This document shows, in pieces, positions 10,303-20,231 of a DNA stretch of 64,000 bases (within the stretch, counting starts at the first letter, position 1; each line of letters begins with the position of its first letter). The stretch lies in assembly GCA_031261295.1 (NCBI GenBank), contig JAISKT010000203.1:34395-98394 (forward strand), written 5' to 3'. The notes under the pieces were generated by a model. It ran no database searches and was not told the origin of the DNA. It saw nothing but the letters and a program-made list of their open reading frames with translations. This DNA is from Candidatus Symbiothrix sp. (GTDB taxonomy: Bacteria; Bacteroidota; Bacteroidia; Bacteroidales; Azobacteroidaceae). Position numbers and translations under genes: made by a program.

Positions 10303-11161
10303 TAACAGATTTTTTATAAAGTGTATTGTGCGAATTCATCCATTGGTATTGTTCTTCCAACATCTGTGGATATGCCGGAACAGTATATTTTAATTTTTCA
10401 GATTTTTGAAGCGATTTGTCCACTTGTTTTCCTCGATAAGGATGAATCTCAATATTATCTCTTTTGTACACTTCCTTCAAAAGAGTGAGCAAATTGAATT
10501 TCGATATTTTTTCACCATTTGTCAAATGGACTAACCCTGTTATTGGCTGCTCTATAATAAAATCAATTGCTTTGGCTAATTCCAAAGTAGTTACTCCTCC
10601 CCAAAAAGCCCCTGTATAACCTTTTATATCTCCTTTTTGATGCATAAACCAATGAAATAAACCTTCTCCATTTTTTTTCAATTCAGGACCAATGATTGAA
10701 GTTCTTATCGTAATATCTTTATCATTAATAATCTCTCCTAAAGCTTTACTTCGACCATATACATCATCGGCATCCTTGAAATCTGTTTCTTTATAATTTC
10801 CTTGTTTGCCAGAAAAGACACAATCGGTACTAACGTGCACTAATTTAGCATTTATTTTCTCTGAAAGCCTTGCCAATAAATGAGGAAAATAAGCATTTAT
10901 ATAAATGGCATTATCCGGATGTAAGGATGAACCTTTAATCAGTACGCCGATGCAGTTAATGATAATGTCAGGCGATTGATTTGCGACCAAATTTTCGACT
11001 GTATTTTTATCGGTTATATCCAGAATAATGCTATCTTCTGTTAACTTTTCTCTAAAAACGATATTCGTTATATCATATTTATTTGTTGCATTTAAATAAT
11101 GATAGACAATATGTCCGGCCATTCCGGTTGCTCCAAATAAAAGTATTTTTCGTTTACTCAT
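10283..11161 (-). CDS. RmlD-family 4-keto-sugar reductase (QnlA-like)
   Basis: GATGMAG, HVSTDCVFSG, YGRSKALGE, RTSIIGPE. Confidence 0.85.
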   Translation of the reverse strand: MSKRKILLFGATGMAGHIVYHYLNATNKYDITNIVFREKLTEDSIILDITDKNTVENLVANQSPDIIINCIGVLIKGSSLHPDNAIYINAYFPHLLARLSEKINAKLVHVSTDCVFSGKQGNYKETDFKDADDVYGRSKALGEIINDKDITIRTSIIGPELKKNGEGLFHWFMHQKGDIKGYTGAFWGGVTTLELAKAIDFIIEQPITGLVHLTNGEKISKFNLLTLLKEVYKRDNIEIHPYRGKQVDKSLQKSEKLKYTVPAYPQMLEEQYQWMNSHNTLYKKSVNENFNS

Positions 11162-11173
11162 GGTAATCGTGTG

Positions 11174-12298
11174 TTATTTATGCCAAACAGTGCGATTGAT
11201 ATAATCTGTATAAGACAATATGATTCGAACTACTTTTTTAGATACATTATCCGCTTCGTAATCGGGAACGGTGTGAATCACATTCTTTCCATCATTATGT
11301 TGTTCTGTTACAATATCTATAGAGTTCAAGATAGTTTCTTTATTTAAGCCTGTCATAATCAAAGTGCCCTCATCCATCCCTTCGGGACGTTCGTGAGCTT
11401 GGCGAACAGTTATTGCAGGAAAATGTAAAATAGAAGATTCTTCCGTAATAGTGCCACTATCCGAAATGACACAAAACGCATTCATTTGTAAGTTAACATA
11501 TTCCAAAAAACCAAACGGTTTCATGAATTCTATCATCGGATTTTCGTTGATAAAACCAATTGATTCCAATTTTTTACGTGTACGCGGATGCGTGGAAACA
11601 ATTACTTTTTTGCCATATTTATCTACTATGGCAGATAAAGCAGTTAATAAATCGGAAAAATTCTTTTCTGAATCTACGTTTTCTTCCCGATGCGTACTGA
11701 TAATAAAGTACTCTTGTGGTTTTAAATTTTCTTGCTCTAATATTGTGTTATTTTCAATCGCATGTTTGTGAAAATTCAATACTTCTTTCATGGGCGACCC
11801 CGTTTTAATGATGGTTTCTGGTTTCAAACCCTCCGCAATCAGATAACGGCGAGCATGTTCTGACAGTGGCATATTTATATCACTCAAATGATCCACGATT
11901 TTACGATTGATTTCTTCCGGCACGCGCTGATCAAAGCAACGATTACCTGCTTCCATGTGAAAAATGGGGATTTTTCGCTTTTTCGCAGAAATGACAGAAA
12001 GGCAACTATTGGTATCTCCATACAGCAACACGGCATCCGGGTTTTCTTTTTCCAGCAACTCGTCCGATTTGACGATAACATTGGCAATAGTTTCTGTCGC
12101 AGTAGAACCGGCAGCATCCAAAAAATAATCCGGTTTGCGTATATCTAATTGCTGAAAGAAAATTTCATTCAATTCATAATCAAAATTTTGACCGGTATGA
12201 ACAATTACTTGATTAGTATATTTATCTAATTCAGCTATTACTCGACTTAACTTGATAATTTCAGGACGAGTCCCTATGATTGTCGTTATCTTCAACAT
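11174..12298 (-). CDS. wecB: UDP-N-acetylhexosamine 2-epimerase (FnlC/QnlB-like)
   Basis: GTRPEIIKL, HTGQNFD, HMEAGNR, HREEN, SDSGTITEE, ERPE. Confidence 0.92.
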   Translation of the reverse strand: MLKITTIIGTRPEIIKLSRVIAELDKYTNQVIVHTGQNFDYELNEIFFQQLDIRKPDYFLDAAGSTATETIANVIVKSDELLEKENPDAVLLYGDTNSCLSVISAKKRKIPIFHMEAGNRCFDQRVPEEINRKIVDHLSDINMPLSEHARRYLIAEGLKPETIIKTGSPMKEVLNFHKHAIENNTILEQENLKPQEYFIISTHREENVDSEKNFSDLLTALSAIVDKYGKKVIVSTHPRTRKKLESIGFINENPMIEFMKPFGFLEYVNLQMNAFCVISDSGTITEESSILHFPAITVRQAHERPEGMDEGTLIMTGLNKETILNSIDIVTEQHNDGKNVIHTVPDYEADNVSKKVVRIILSYTDYINRTVWHK

Positions 12299-12302
12299 GC
12301 TG

Positions 12303-13328
12303 TTACTGTTTTATATTTAAATCTTTTTGAATAATGTCTAATTTCAGTAGCAGATTTTTCATTGAATCCAAATCTAAGCGATGCGTGTTGTGTGAATGAT
12401 AATCTTCAAATTGCGACACGCTTTCCTCTCCTTCCACAAAATATTTATCATAGTTCAAATCGCGCGCATCACAAGGTATTCTATAATAAGCTCCTAAATC
12501 TTCTGACTTGGCCATCTCCTCTCTTGTCACTAACGATTCATACAATTTTTCGCCATGACGAGTTCCTATTATCTTCACTTTCACATTCGACTTGTATAAA
12601 TCAATTAATGATTTTGCCAATACCTCCAATGTGGCCGCCGGCGCTTTTTGAACAAATAAATCACCACTATTTCCGTGAAAAAAAGCATACAATACTAAAT
12701 TGACAGCATCATCCAAAGTCATCATAAAACGGGTCATATTCATATCAGTAACAGTAATGTCTTTTTCTGATTTTATCTGGTCAATCCATAATGGAATAAC
12801 AGACCCTCTACTTGCCATTACATTGCCATAGCGTGTGCAACAAATAGTTGTTTGAGAATTATCCCCTAAAGACCGTGCTTTCGCCATGGTTACTTTTTCC
12901 ATCATCGCTTTACTAATTCCCATAGCATTAATAGGATAGGCTGCTTTATCTGTTGATAAAACCACTACATTTTTCACTTGATGCTCAATAGCCGAATCCA
13001 ATACGTTTTCAGTACCCAATACATTGGTTTTTACAGCTTGTACAGGAAAAAACTCACATGATGGAACTTGCTTCAGAGCGGCAGCATGAAAAACATAGTC
13101 CACATTTTGCATAGCAGTGTCAACGGAACGCTTATCTCTAACATCGCCAATGTAAAATTTCACTTTGGAATTTTGGAGTTGATGACGCATATCATCTTGT
13201 TTTTTTTCATCGCGGCTGAAAATGCGGATTTCCTTAATATCTGTATCAAGAAAACGTCGCAAGACAGCATTACCAAAAGAACCTGTGCCACCTGTGATAA
13301 GAAGAATTTTATTGGTAAAAATAGACAT
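12303..13328 (-). CDS. fnlA: UDP-GlcNAc 4,6-dehydratase/5-epimerase (FnlA/CapE)
   Basis: TGGTGSFG, SRDEKKQ, HAAALKQVPSCEF, STDKAAYP, YGNVMASRGS. Confidence 0.93.
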   Translation of the reverse strand: MSIFTNKILLITGGTGSFGNAVLRRFLDTDIKEIRIFSRDEKKQDDMRHQLQNSKVKFYIGDVRDKRSVDTAMQNVDYVFHAAALKQVPSCEFFPVQAVKTNVLGTENVLDSAIEHQVKNVVVLSTDKAAYPINAMGISKAMMEKVTMAKARSLGDNSQTTICCTRYGNVMASRGSVIPLWIDQIKSEKDITVTDMNMTRFMMTLDDAVNLVLYAFFHGNSGDLFVQKAPAATLEVLAKSLIDLYKSNVKVKIIGTRHGEKLYESLVTREEMAKSEDLGAYYRIPCDARDLNYDKYFVEGEESVSQFEDYHSHNTHRLDLDSMKNLLLKLDIIQKDLNIKQ

Positions 13329-13334
13329 ATTTTA

Positions 13335-14393
13335 TTATTTTATTATTTCAAACAATTCTTTCCAAGAATATTTATCTTTTGGGCGAAACGGAGAATAGTG
13401 ATTTAGAGGCATCATACAAAAATACAGTATCGCCTTACCCCACTCATTTGCATCTTTGTAATCAATAAATTGCACCCCATCGTATCCTTCTAACACTTCT
13501 CGTGCGTATGATGCATCAGCCACAAGAATAGGCAAACCAAATGAAGCCGCTTCCAACACAGGCAATCCTACAGTTTCAAGATAACTTGGAAACAGCAAGG
13601 CATCGACCGAAGCATACATTTCGCTCATTTCGCTTTGAGATATAAATCCCAAAGAGTTGATTTTCACATTTTTATATTGAAAATCTTCAACAAAGTCCTG
13701 CGCAACAGTCAGAAATATCTGAATTTTTTGTGTAAGTTGCTCATCGATTATCTTAAAAGCCTCAAATAGTATTTTGTGATTTTTGTAAACAAATTCTGTT
13801 GCAGGATAAAAAAACTGGACTGTTGAAGTATTATTTTCTGATTTCGGCACGCTAACTTCCGGCAATTGTATTTCAGGAAAAATAACATGAATTTGAGTTC
13901 TATGGAAATTATATCTCTTTGCAAAAGCCTCTTTGATATGATTCGACTGTACAAAAATTTGAGTATCCCTACTTATTGACCACTTCACCCACAACGCATA
14001 GACGTTTTTGTAATACCACAGAATACGTTCAGCCTTTTTAAAGATATTCCATTGAAATTGCGCTACCGGCAATAAATTGTGAAAATAGACAAACTTTTTG
14101 CATTTTCCAATTGTTCTGAATCCCGAATTTTGCAGCGATATAGTCACATCCGGTACAATTCCATTGCGTTTTAACCACGCTTTTAAGCCGAATAAATCCC
14201 ATAAAATACGTCTTATAAAAGAGCGTTTATTTACTTTAACTACCAGCACGTTATTATTATTTTCCGGTAATTCTACTGAAATATCCACAAAAATAATATA
14301 TTGTCGATTATCAACAGGAATATTACGATAGAATTGATGGAGTATCGTTAAAGCACCGCTGTTGCGAAGACCAGAGGCATTAATGATTGTCAT
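13335..14393 (-). CDS. GT4 glycosyltransferase
   Basis: FYPATEFVYKNH, FPSYLETVGLPVLEA. Confidence 0.85.
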   Translation of the reverse strand: MTIINASGLRNSGALTILHQFYRNIPVDNRQYIIFVDISVELPENNNNVLVVKVNKRSFIRRILWDLFGLKAWLKRNGIVPDVTISLQNSGFRTIGKCKKFVYFHNLLPVAQFQWNIFKKAERILWYYKNVYALWVKWSISRDTQIFVQSNHIKEAFAKRYNFHRTQIHVIFPEIQLPEVSVPKSENNTSTVQFFYPATEFVYKNHKILFEAFKIIDEQLTQKIQIFLTVAQDFVEDFQYKNVKINSLGFISQSEMSEMYASVDALLFPSYLETVGLPVLEAASFGLPILVADASYAREVLEGYDGVQFIDYKDANEWGKAILYFCMMPLNHYSPFRPKDKYSWKELFEIIK

Positions 14394-14396
14394 AAT

Positions 14397-15491
14397 CTAA
14401 AAATATTCAGGATTAATAAGTACTTTCTTCAAAAATGATATTCCAATTGCCTTTTGTTCAGTTAATATTTCTTCGTTTCCAAAAGGCGGTTGTGTGATGT
14501 CTTTTGCTTTCATTTTTTGTAAAGAACTGACGATATGATTATCCAAGTTATAAGTATCTTTTAAATCAATAAAGCGCGAGGCTCTAATTTTGGAAGAATA
14601 ATACGCAATGAAAGAACGTTGATATTTAATGGCAAATAGAGTACCATGAAATGAATCGGTATATACAAACGCAGCATTGGCTATTAAATCAACCCATTCT
14701 TGCGGTGTTACATTGTATCTGATTTTGTCTGCCCAACTACAATCAACAGGATTTGAAATGGCTAAAACAATTGCGATAACGGGAATATCTTTGTAAATAC
14801 TTTTAATAAACTCTATTGCTGACTGATTGCCACCATCAATATCATTTCCTAATATATAGGCTAATATGTAAGGGGTATTGTGTTTATTAGTTACAAATTT
14901 GTCAAAATCATACAGCAAAGTCGGGTCGGGTACTTTTATCGCATCTATCCTTGATATTTGTTGCACAAAAGCGCGTGTTTCTTCATTACGAACTGATAAA
15001 TAATTAAAATTTTGCAAAGATTTTCGTAATACCTCTGTATTTGTTTCTGCATATCTCTTAATTCCACAACATGGGGCGTAAGCAATTCGTATCCCTTGAA
15101 ATTCAGGTTGCCAATTCAAAAAGTATATTTTTTTGTCGTGTTGAGAAGGATTCCAAACTTGGTCGCTTCCCACTATTATCGTATCAAATTGATTGGCTAT
15201 TATATGCAAGTTTTGTTCGTGAACAACAGTTGTACAATCAAGATACTGTTTTTGGAATCGTTTAAACCCTGCTACGCATTTATATCCATATCGAACTGTA
15301 TCATATAGGCGTTTCCATGAAAAGTTTCTAATTAAACCTATTAAAAACCACAATGGATTTTTTGGAATACAATTTATAATTTGCACATCATATCCTAAAT
15401 TTTTTACAGTTTCCTGTAAAGCATAACTTTGCAATACACCTCCATAGTTATACCCAAAATGAAAAGTCAATATTCCTACTTTTTTAGACAT
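14397..15491 (-). CDS. Polysaccharide pyruvyl transferase family protein
   Basis: NYGGVLQSYAL, VGSDQVWN, SVRNE, DPTLL, TDSFHG. Confidence 0.9.
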   Translation of the reverse strand: MSKKVGILTFHFGYNYGGVLQSYALQETVKNLGYDVQIINCIPKNPLWFLIGLIRNFSWKRLYDTVRYGYKCVAGFKRFQKQYLDCTTVVHEQNLHIIANQFDTIIVGSDQVWNPSQHDKKIYFLNWQPEFQGIRIAYAPCCGIKRYAETNTEVLRKSLQNFNYLSVRNEETRAFVQQISRIDAIKVPDPTLLYDFDKFVTNKHNTPYILAYILGNDIDGGNQSAIEFIKSIYKDIPVIAIVLAISNPVDCSWADKIRYNVTPQEWVDLIANAAFVYTDSFHGTLFAIKYQRSFIAYYSSKIRASRFIDLKDTYNLDNHIVSSLQKMKAKDITQPPFGNEEILTEQKAIGISFLKKVLINPEYF

Positions 15492-16642
15492 ACCCGCATG
15501 GTTCGTTTTATCAATCTGCCAATTTTACGCAATATACGTTTCGCGAATGTTTGATGTGTCAATCTTAATATTAAAGAATTTAAATTTTCATTCGATAAAA
15601 ACCTGAAAAACTCGCTACGTTTTTCAGATGGTTTCATTGAAATTTCGATTGCCGGATTGTATTGGACTGCCGATTTATATGCAGTTTCTTGCCTCACTAC
15701 ATCAATAGAGTTGAAAGCAGATTTTCCTTTTTCGCTGTTTATCATTACCAAACTAACGCCTTTGTCGTCGTCAAAATTAGGCAATACGTTCTGTATGCCC
15801 CAAAAGTCGCCCAATGTAATATCGCTGCCGCTTGACAATGATTTTGTTGGACATCTATGACACGATGGGCGTAAATATAAATCAGACAAAAAACCTTTCA
15901 TAAATAAATTTTTATGTAAAGGCTCTACAAATTTTTGTTCGGAATTTTTGGGATAAAGTACAAAATTGTAGTTTTTCCATCCATTTGTCTTACTTCGAAA
16001 GTTAATATTTTCTATCCACATGGCAAGCGATTGATTATCTGCTAAATAAGAAAGATATTTTATCCAAATCATTGGAGAAGGCACTCCGTGACATACAAAA
16101 TCAACAGTCAATAATTTGTCATATTCTTTCCGTAAAAAGAGTTTTAATCCTGCAATTTGACAGGGGGTACCTGAAAACAAAACTTTTCGCCCTGCTTTTA
16201 AAAATTGTTTTGCCTGTGAATATGTTTTACCAATACGGCTCTGTACATATTTTGAACCTCTGAATGCGGATAAACCCTCTATCGTTTCAGTATAATCGTG
16301 AATCACTTCCCAATTCTCATTGAATCGGGCACCAAATACTATTCCGCCATCTTTTATTATTTGTTCCGCCAATAAAGTAAACACGCCTCCCGAAGAACTT
16401 TCCATGCGTATTTGCTCATCATGGCTTTTTGCCGCATAAACAAGATTTGGCTTTTTCCCAACTTTATAGTTAATAACAGGACAAACTTTTTCACAAAGAC
16501 CGCAATCGGTGCAAGTTTTTATATCAACAACCGGATACAAAAAACCTTCTTCATCTTCATACATTGCTATACTATTTGTTGAACAACATTGAGTACAAGC
16601 GTTGCAACCAACACATTTGGATTTATCTGTTATCTGTATCAT
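15476..16642 (-). CDS. FrhB/FdhB-like 4Fe-4S protein of polysaccharide loci
   Basis: Two CxxCxxCxxxC motifs, SSSGG, GSKYVQS, GTPCQ, CHGVPS, RPSCHRC, SDITLGDFWG. Confidence 0.9.
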   Translation of the reverse strand: MIQITDKSKCVGCNACTQCCSTNSIAMYEDEEGFLYPVVDIKTCTDCGLCEKVCPVINYKVGKKPNLVYAAKSHDEQIRMESSSGGVFTLLAEQIIKDGGIVFGARFNENWEVIHDYTETIEGLSAFRGSKYVQSRIGKTYSQAKQFLKAGRKVLFSGTPCQIAGLKLFLRKEYDKLLTVDFVCHGVPSPMIWIKYLSYLADNQSLAMWIENINFRSKTNGWKNYNFVLYPKNSEQKFVEPLHKNLFMKGFLSDLYLRPSCHRCPTKSLSSGSDITLGDFWGIQNVLPNFDDDKGVSLVMINSEKGKSAFNSIDVVRQETAYKSAVQYNPAIEISMKPSEKRSEFFRFLSNENLNSLILRLTHQTFAKRILRKIGRLIKRTMRVCLKK

Positions 16643-17682
16643 TGTTTAGTCAATCTGTCAATAATGTTTCTGACAATACGATTCGATTTTAATTGCCCCT
16701 TGAGTTGATTCATTGTTTTAATTATTATCAGTGCAAAAGGAATCTTTATAAAAATATTCAATATTTCAATATTTAACGGACGTTTTCCATTCATTTCATT
16801 ATAATGCAGTAAAAACGGTTGCTTTTCTCCAAATTGCAAAGCGGCTTTCATTTTTAGAAGATGATATTTGTTGTAGGTCATTTCGGAATATCGTTTAAAA
16901 TCCATATCAGACAAATTCATCCGTTTCAATGTTTCGATGATGGTTGTTTGTAAATCATCATATTTAAACTTTATTTTATGATAATTAGTATCAGTATCCG
17001 AGTGCGATATACTTTGTCGGTAGATAACATAATGACACAGTGGTTTATCTATATAACCAAACTTATATTTCCAAATCAATGGCAATAATAACTGATAATT
17101 TTGTCCTTTTTTTCCGTGATATATTGACATCTCTGGATTAACATCTTTAAATGCAACGGTTCTTACCAAATGACAAACTGGGCAAAAGAATATATTTCTC
17201 TCTAAAATATAATCTTCAAACAAATTATCTACCTTAAAGCGGTCTTTGTGTTTTCGAGAAATATATCCGATTGGCTTTTGTAAATCATATTCGTAATACA
17301 AATAGGCATCCGAACGCACCAGTCCATATTCGGAATTTTGCTCAAGAAAATCAACCCGCTCTTTAATTGATGTAGGTGCCAAAAAATCATCGGCATCTGG
17401 CCAACAAAAATATTGACCATTAACGTATTTCAGTCCGTTATCAATCGCGCTACTTACACCTCTGTTAGATTGATATATATATTGCAATTTTATTCCTTCC
17501 TGTTCAAACCTATTATGATAGGAATCTATAACGTTTTTGCTGTTGTCGGTACTACCATCATCCACAATTATTAATTCTATATTGTTGTAATTTTGTTCAC
17601 AAATAGAATCTAATAAGCGGTAAATTTTATCACCCATATTATAACAGGGAATGAGAATACTGACTAATGGTTCAACTGACAT
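16639..17682 (-). CDS. GT2 glycosyltransferase
   Basis: SILIPCYN, VDDGSTD, DADD. Confidence 0.9.
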   Translation of the reverse strand: MSVEPLVSILIPCYNMGDKIYRLLDSICEQNYNNIELIIVDDGSTDNSKNVIDSYHNRFEQEGIKLQYIYQSNRGVSSAIDNGLKYVNGQYFCWPDADDFLAPTSIKERVDFLEQNSEYGLVRSDAYLYYEYDLQKPIGYISRKHKDRFKVDNLFEDYILERNIFFCPVCHLVRTVAFKDVNPEMSIYHGKKGQNYQLLLPLIWKYKFGYIDKPLCHYVIYRQSISHSDTDTNYHKIKFKYDDLQTTIIETLKRMNLSDMDFKRYSEMTYNKYHLLKMKAALQFGEKQPFLLHYNEMNGKRPLNIEILNIFIKIPFALIIIKTMNQLKGQLKSNRIVRNIIDRLTKQ

Positions 17683-17699
17683 ATTTATTTACTATTTTA

Positions 17700-18548
17700 T
17701 TATAATTTAATCCAAGTTTCAGGAATAAAATCTTGATTCATCGCTTTTGAAGGTGCAATCTTTATTCCGCTCTTATCTGCCAACCACGCTCCCCACCAAT
17801 AGAAACTGCTATTGGAAATAATGTGATGTTTACATAGTGTCATCAAATATAAGTCGTCTATGGCTGCATTTTCCGGCATTATTTCAATTTTGTATTTTCT
17901 ATCAAGATTTTCTTTTGCCCATTCCGGCACTTGAGTAAAAATATAAAACACTGCATCGGGAACTTTTTCTATGATTATTTGCATCGCTCTGCTATAATAT
18001 TCTTTTTCCGTAATGGGAATCGTCACTTTCTCACATTCTTGATAAAGTCGAATACCCAATGCTATAGGTATGCCCTTTGTATTACGTATAGTATCTGCTT
18101 GTTGGGTAATATCTTTTGAAAAAAAATTAGAAAAAATAAAATCTTTTCGTATTTGATTTTCAAAATCTTTAAAATATTTCTCACTATGCCAATACCCATT
18201 TATTATAATTTTATGTTGCTTTTCTTCAATCCATTTATTTTCAAAATATCTATTACCAGATACTTCATTCAGTAATTTATATTCTGGAAAGAATAGATGT
18301 CTCCCCATTTTCTCGCTTATTTTTCGGATTAAACGTCCTCCCACGAAATCAAAACTTAATAATTTATCTGTCTGATATTTAATTGAAAAATCATTTAAAG
18401 CATATTGCCTATGAAATCTATAATCGTATTTGAATCCAGAAGAACAATTTAAAATTAAATCTTCACCACTTCTTAATGCCAATGCACGCGACATTGCATA
18501 AATAAACATTTGATTACCTAAACCGCCATATAATGTTGCAACTATCAT
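17700..18548 (-). CDS. GT11 alpha-1,2-fucosyltransferase-like
   Basis: GGLGNQMFIYA, GYWHSEKYF, HHIISNSSFYWWGAW; ATG start at 18548 preferred. Confidence 0.88.
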   Translation of the reverse strand: MIVATLYGGLGNQMFIYAMSRALALRSGEDLILNCSSGFKYDYRFHRQYALNDFSIKYQTDKLLSFDFVGGRLIRKISEKMGRHLFFPEYKLLNEVSGNRYFENKWIEEKQHKIIINGYWHSEKYFKDFENQIRKDFIFSNFFSKDITQQADTIRNTKGIPIALGIRLYQECEKVTIPITEKEYYSRAMQIIIEKVPDAVFYIFTQVPEWAKENLDRKYKIEIMPENAAIDDLYLMTLCKHHIISNSSFYWWGAWLADKSGIKIAPSKAMNQDFIPETWIKL

Positions 18549-18594
18549 TATTTTAAAATAAACCACCTGATTTTTTAATCATACAATATAGAAT

Positions 18595-18873
18595 GTTTCA
18601 AAACTTTATTTTTTTAACTAAGTATTGAGCCCCTTTATCAAGCATACTTTCAATAGGAGCAGTAATAAGTAATCTTAACTTATCAAACAATATCGAAAAT
18701 AACATTGTAACTATAAATAGAATTATTATTTGTATGAGTCCACTCCGAAAACCCCTATTTAGTCATTTTTACTTCTCTCACAAGGCTTGTGAATGGGCTA
18801 TTTTTGAAGAAAAAGGCTTTTTGGAGTGGGCTCATGTTTGAATCACGTTTTTTTGTTTTATTATTGTCTCCAT
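18595..18873 (-). pseudogene. Remnant ends of a membrane acyltransferase-3-type gene surrounding a mini-IS
   Basis: METIIKQK(frameshift)KRDSN on the upstream side and IILFIVTMLFSILFDKLRLLITAPIESMLDKGAQYLVKKIKF* on the downstream side. Confidence 0.5.
18734..18835. mobile_element. ~100-bp MITE or internally deleted IS with terminal inverted repeats (IS1182-like ends)
   Basis: Left atgagtccactccgaaaa versus reverse complement of right end atgagcccactccaaaaa (16/18 match); no transposase ORF. Confidence 0.7.
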
Positions 18874-20213
18874 AAAGATGAGATTCCCATATTACCTAAT
18901 AAGCTAACAACGAAATTAAAAAAAATCAATAAAATAAACATCCAACCTAATCTTTTTCGAAAGTCAACAAATGAAACTGTAGAAAAAAACCATGGCAAAG
19001 TCAGTAAAATCCCTCCTGCAATATAGCTAATATGCATTTGCTTAGTTACAAAACCAGATATAGCGATACCAAAGCCAAATAATGTCATTATATCCAAATT
19101 CTTTTTTTGAAAAAGTTTTTTTATATTTTGAAAAAACAATGTTAAATATGATAATTGGAATATTCCTAATAAATAATCCGCAAGTTGATATGAAAATGCC
19201 TGATTAATTTTATATTGTACGAATTGAGTCCATGGAAACGGACCAATAACTCCAAATATTATTTTAAGTGGTATATATAACCAGCCTGAAGAGTTTACAT
19301 AAATTGAAACATATTTATCATCTTGAGTTCCAATTTGAAACGCAAAGTATAGTATAACAATCAATATAGGCAAAAGTAAAAATTTCAATATAGGAATTTT
19401 GCGATAAATAAATGTAATATATATAAATATAGCGGATATATAAAAAACTGGATATACAGTACGTAAAATGTAACTGAAAAATAAAGTTAGCCCAATTGAA
19501 ATAATTTTTCCTATAGAACTTTTAGAAACAAGCATCAATGTTATTCCAATGGAAATCAATCCCAATCCAATTTGATCTCTATAAAAATTATCCGCCAATA
19601 AAAACATTGGAAAAAGAGCTGTTGACCAGGCTACAGCCGAAACTTTCTTATCATCAAGGCACAGAACATTTTTTGCAATAAGAACCATATTAATAGACAA
19701 TATTGATGTAAAAAAAATGTTAATTGGAGTAATTGTTAGCACATAGCATCCTAAGTATGCAAGTGGGATACTAATTAGATTCCAGATTTCCGGATGTGAA
19801 ACCCAAAAACTATCCGAATCAAAATAGAATATTCCATACTTTATTTTATCATTAACAGCCATAGACACACTTGAAAAAGCATCTTGATATTCTGCATGCG
19901 AGAATGAAGCAGCAAAACCACCATTTGAAATGAAATAATGCGGGTCAATGAACGCTAAATAATGGGTTACACTCAAAACAAGTTTCAGTATAAAAATAGC
20001 ACTGAAAAAGTACATCCATCTGTTTGATTTTAAAATCTGCTTTGATATAATGAGTGTTAATAAGAAGAATATTAATGTTGCACTTACTAAACTTGAAAGA
20101 GGATTGTTTGACACTGAGAATATACTCAAAAGTAGCCAACCACATAGGAATACCCCTAGTATAATTAAGGGATATTTGTTAGATTGATTACTTTTATAAC
20201 TCTGTTGTATCAT
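18861..20213 (-). CDS. wzy: Probable Wzy polysaccharide polymerase
   Basis: 450 aa, many transmembrane segments, low GC, located within the capsule locus. Confidence 0.6.
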   Translation of the reverse strand: MIQQSYKSNQSNKYPLIILGVFLCGWLLLSIFSVSNNPLSSLVSATLIFFLLTLIISKQILKSNRWMYFFSAIFILKLVLSVTHYLAFIDPHYFISNGGFAASFSHAEYQDAFSSVSMAVNDKIKYGIFYFDSDSFWVSHPEIWNLISIPLAYLGCYVLTITPINIFFTSILSINMVLIAKNVLCLDDKKVSAVAWSTALFPMFLLADNFYRDQIGLGLISIGITLMLVSKSSIGKIISIGLTLFFSYILRTVYPVFYISAIFIYITFIYRKIPILKFLLLPILIVILYFAFQIGTQDDKYVSIYVNSSGWLYIPLKIIFGVIGPFPWTQFVQYKINQAFSYQLADYLLGIFQLSYLTLFFQNIKKLFQKKNLDIMTLFGFGIAISGFVTKQMHISYIAGGILLTLPWFFSTVSFVDFRKRLGWMFILLIFFNFVVSLLGNMGISSLWRQ

Positions 20214-20231
20214 AAAAAATAAGTTTAATAA

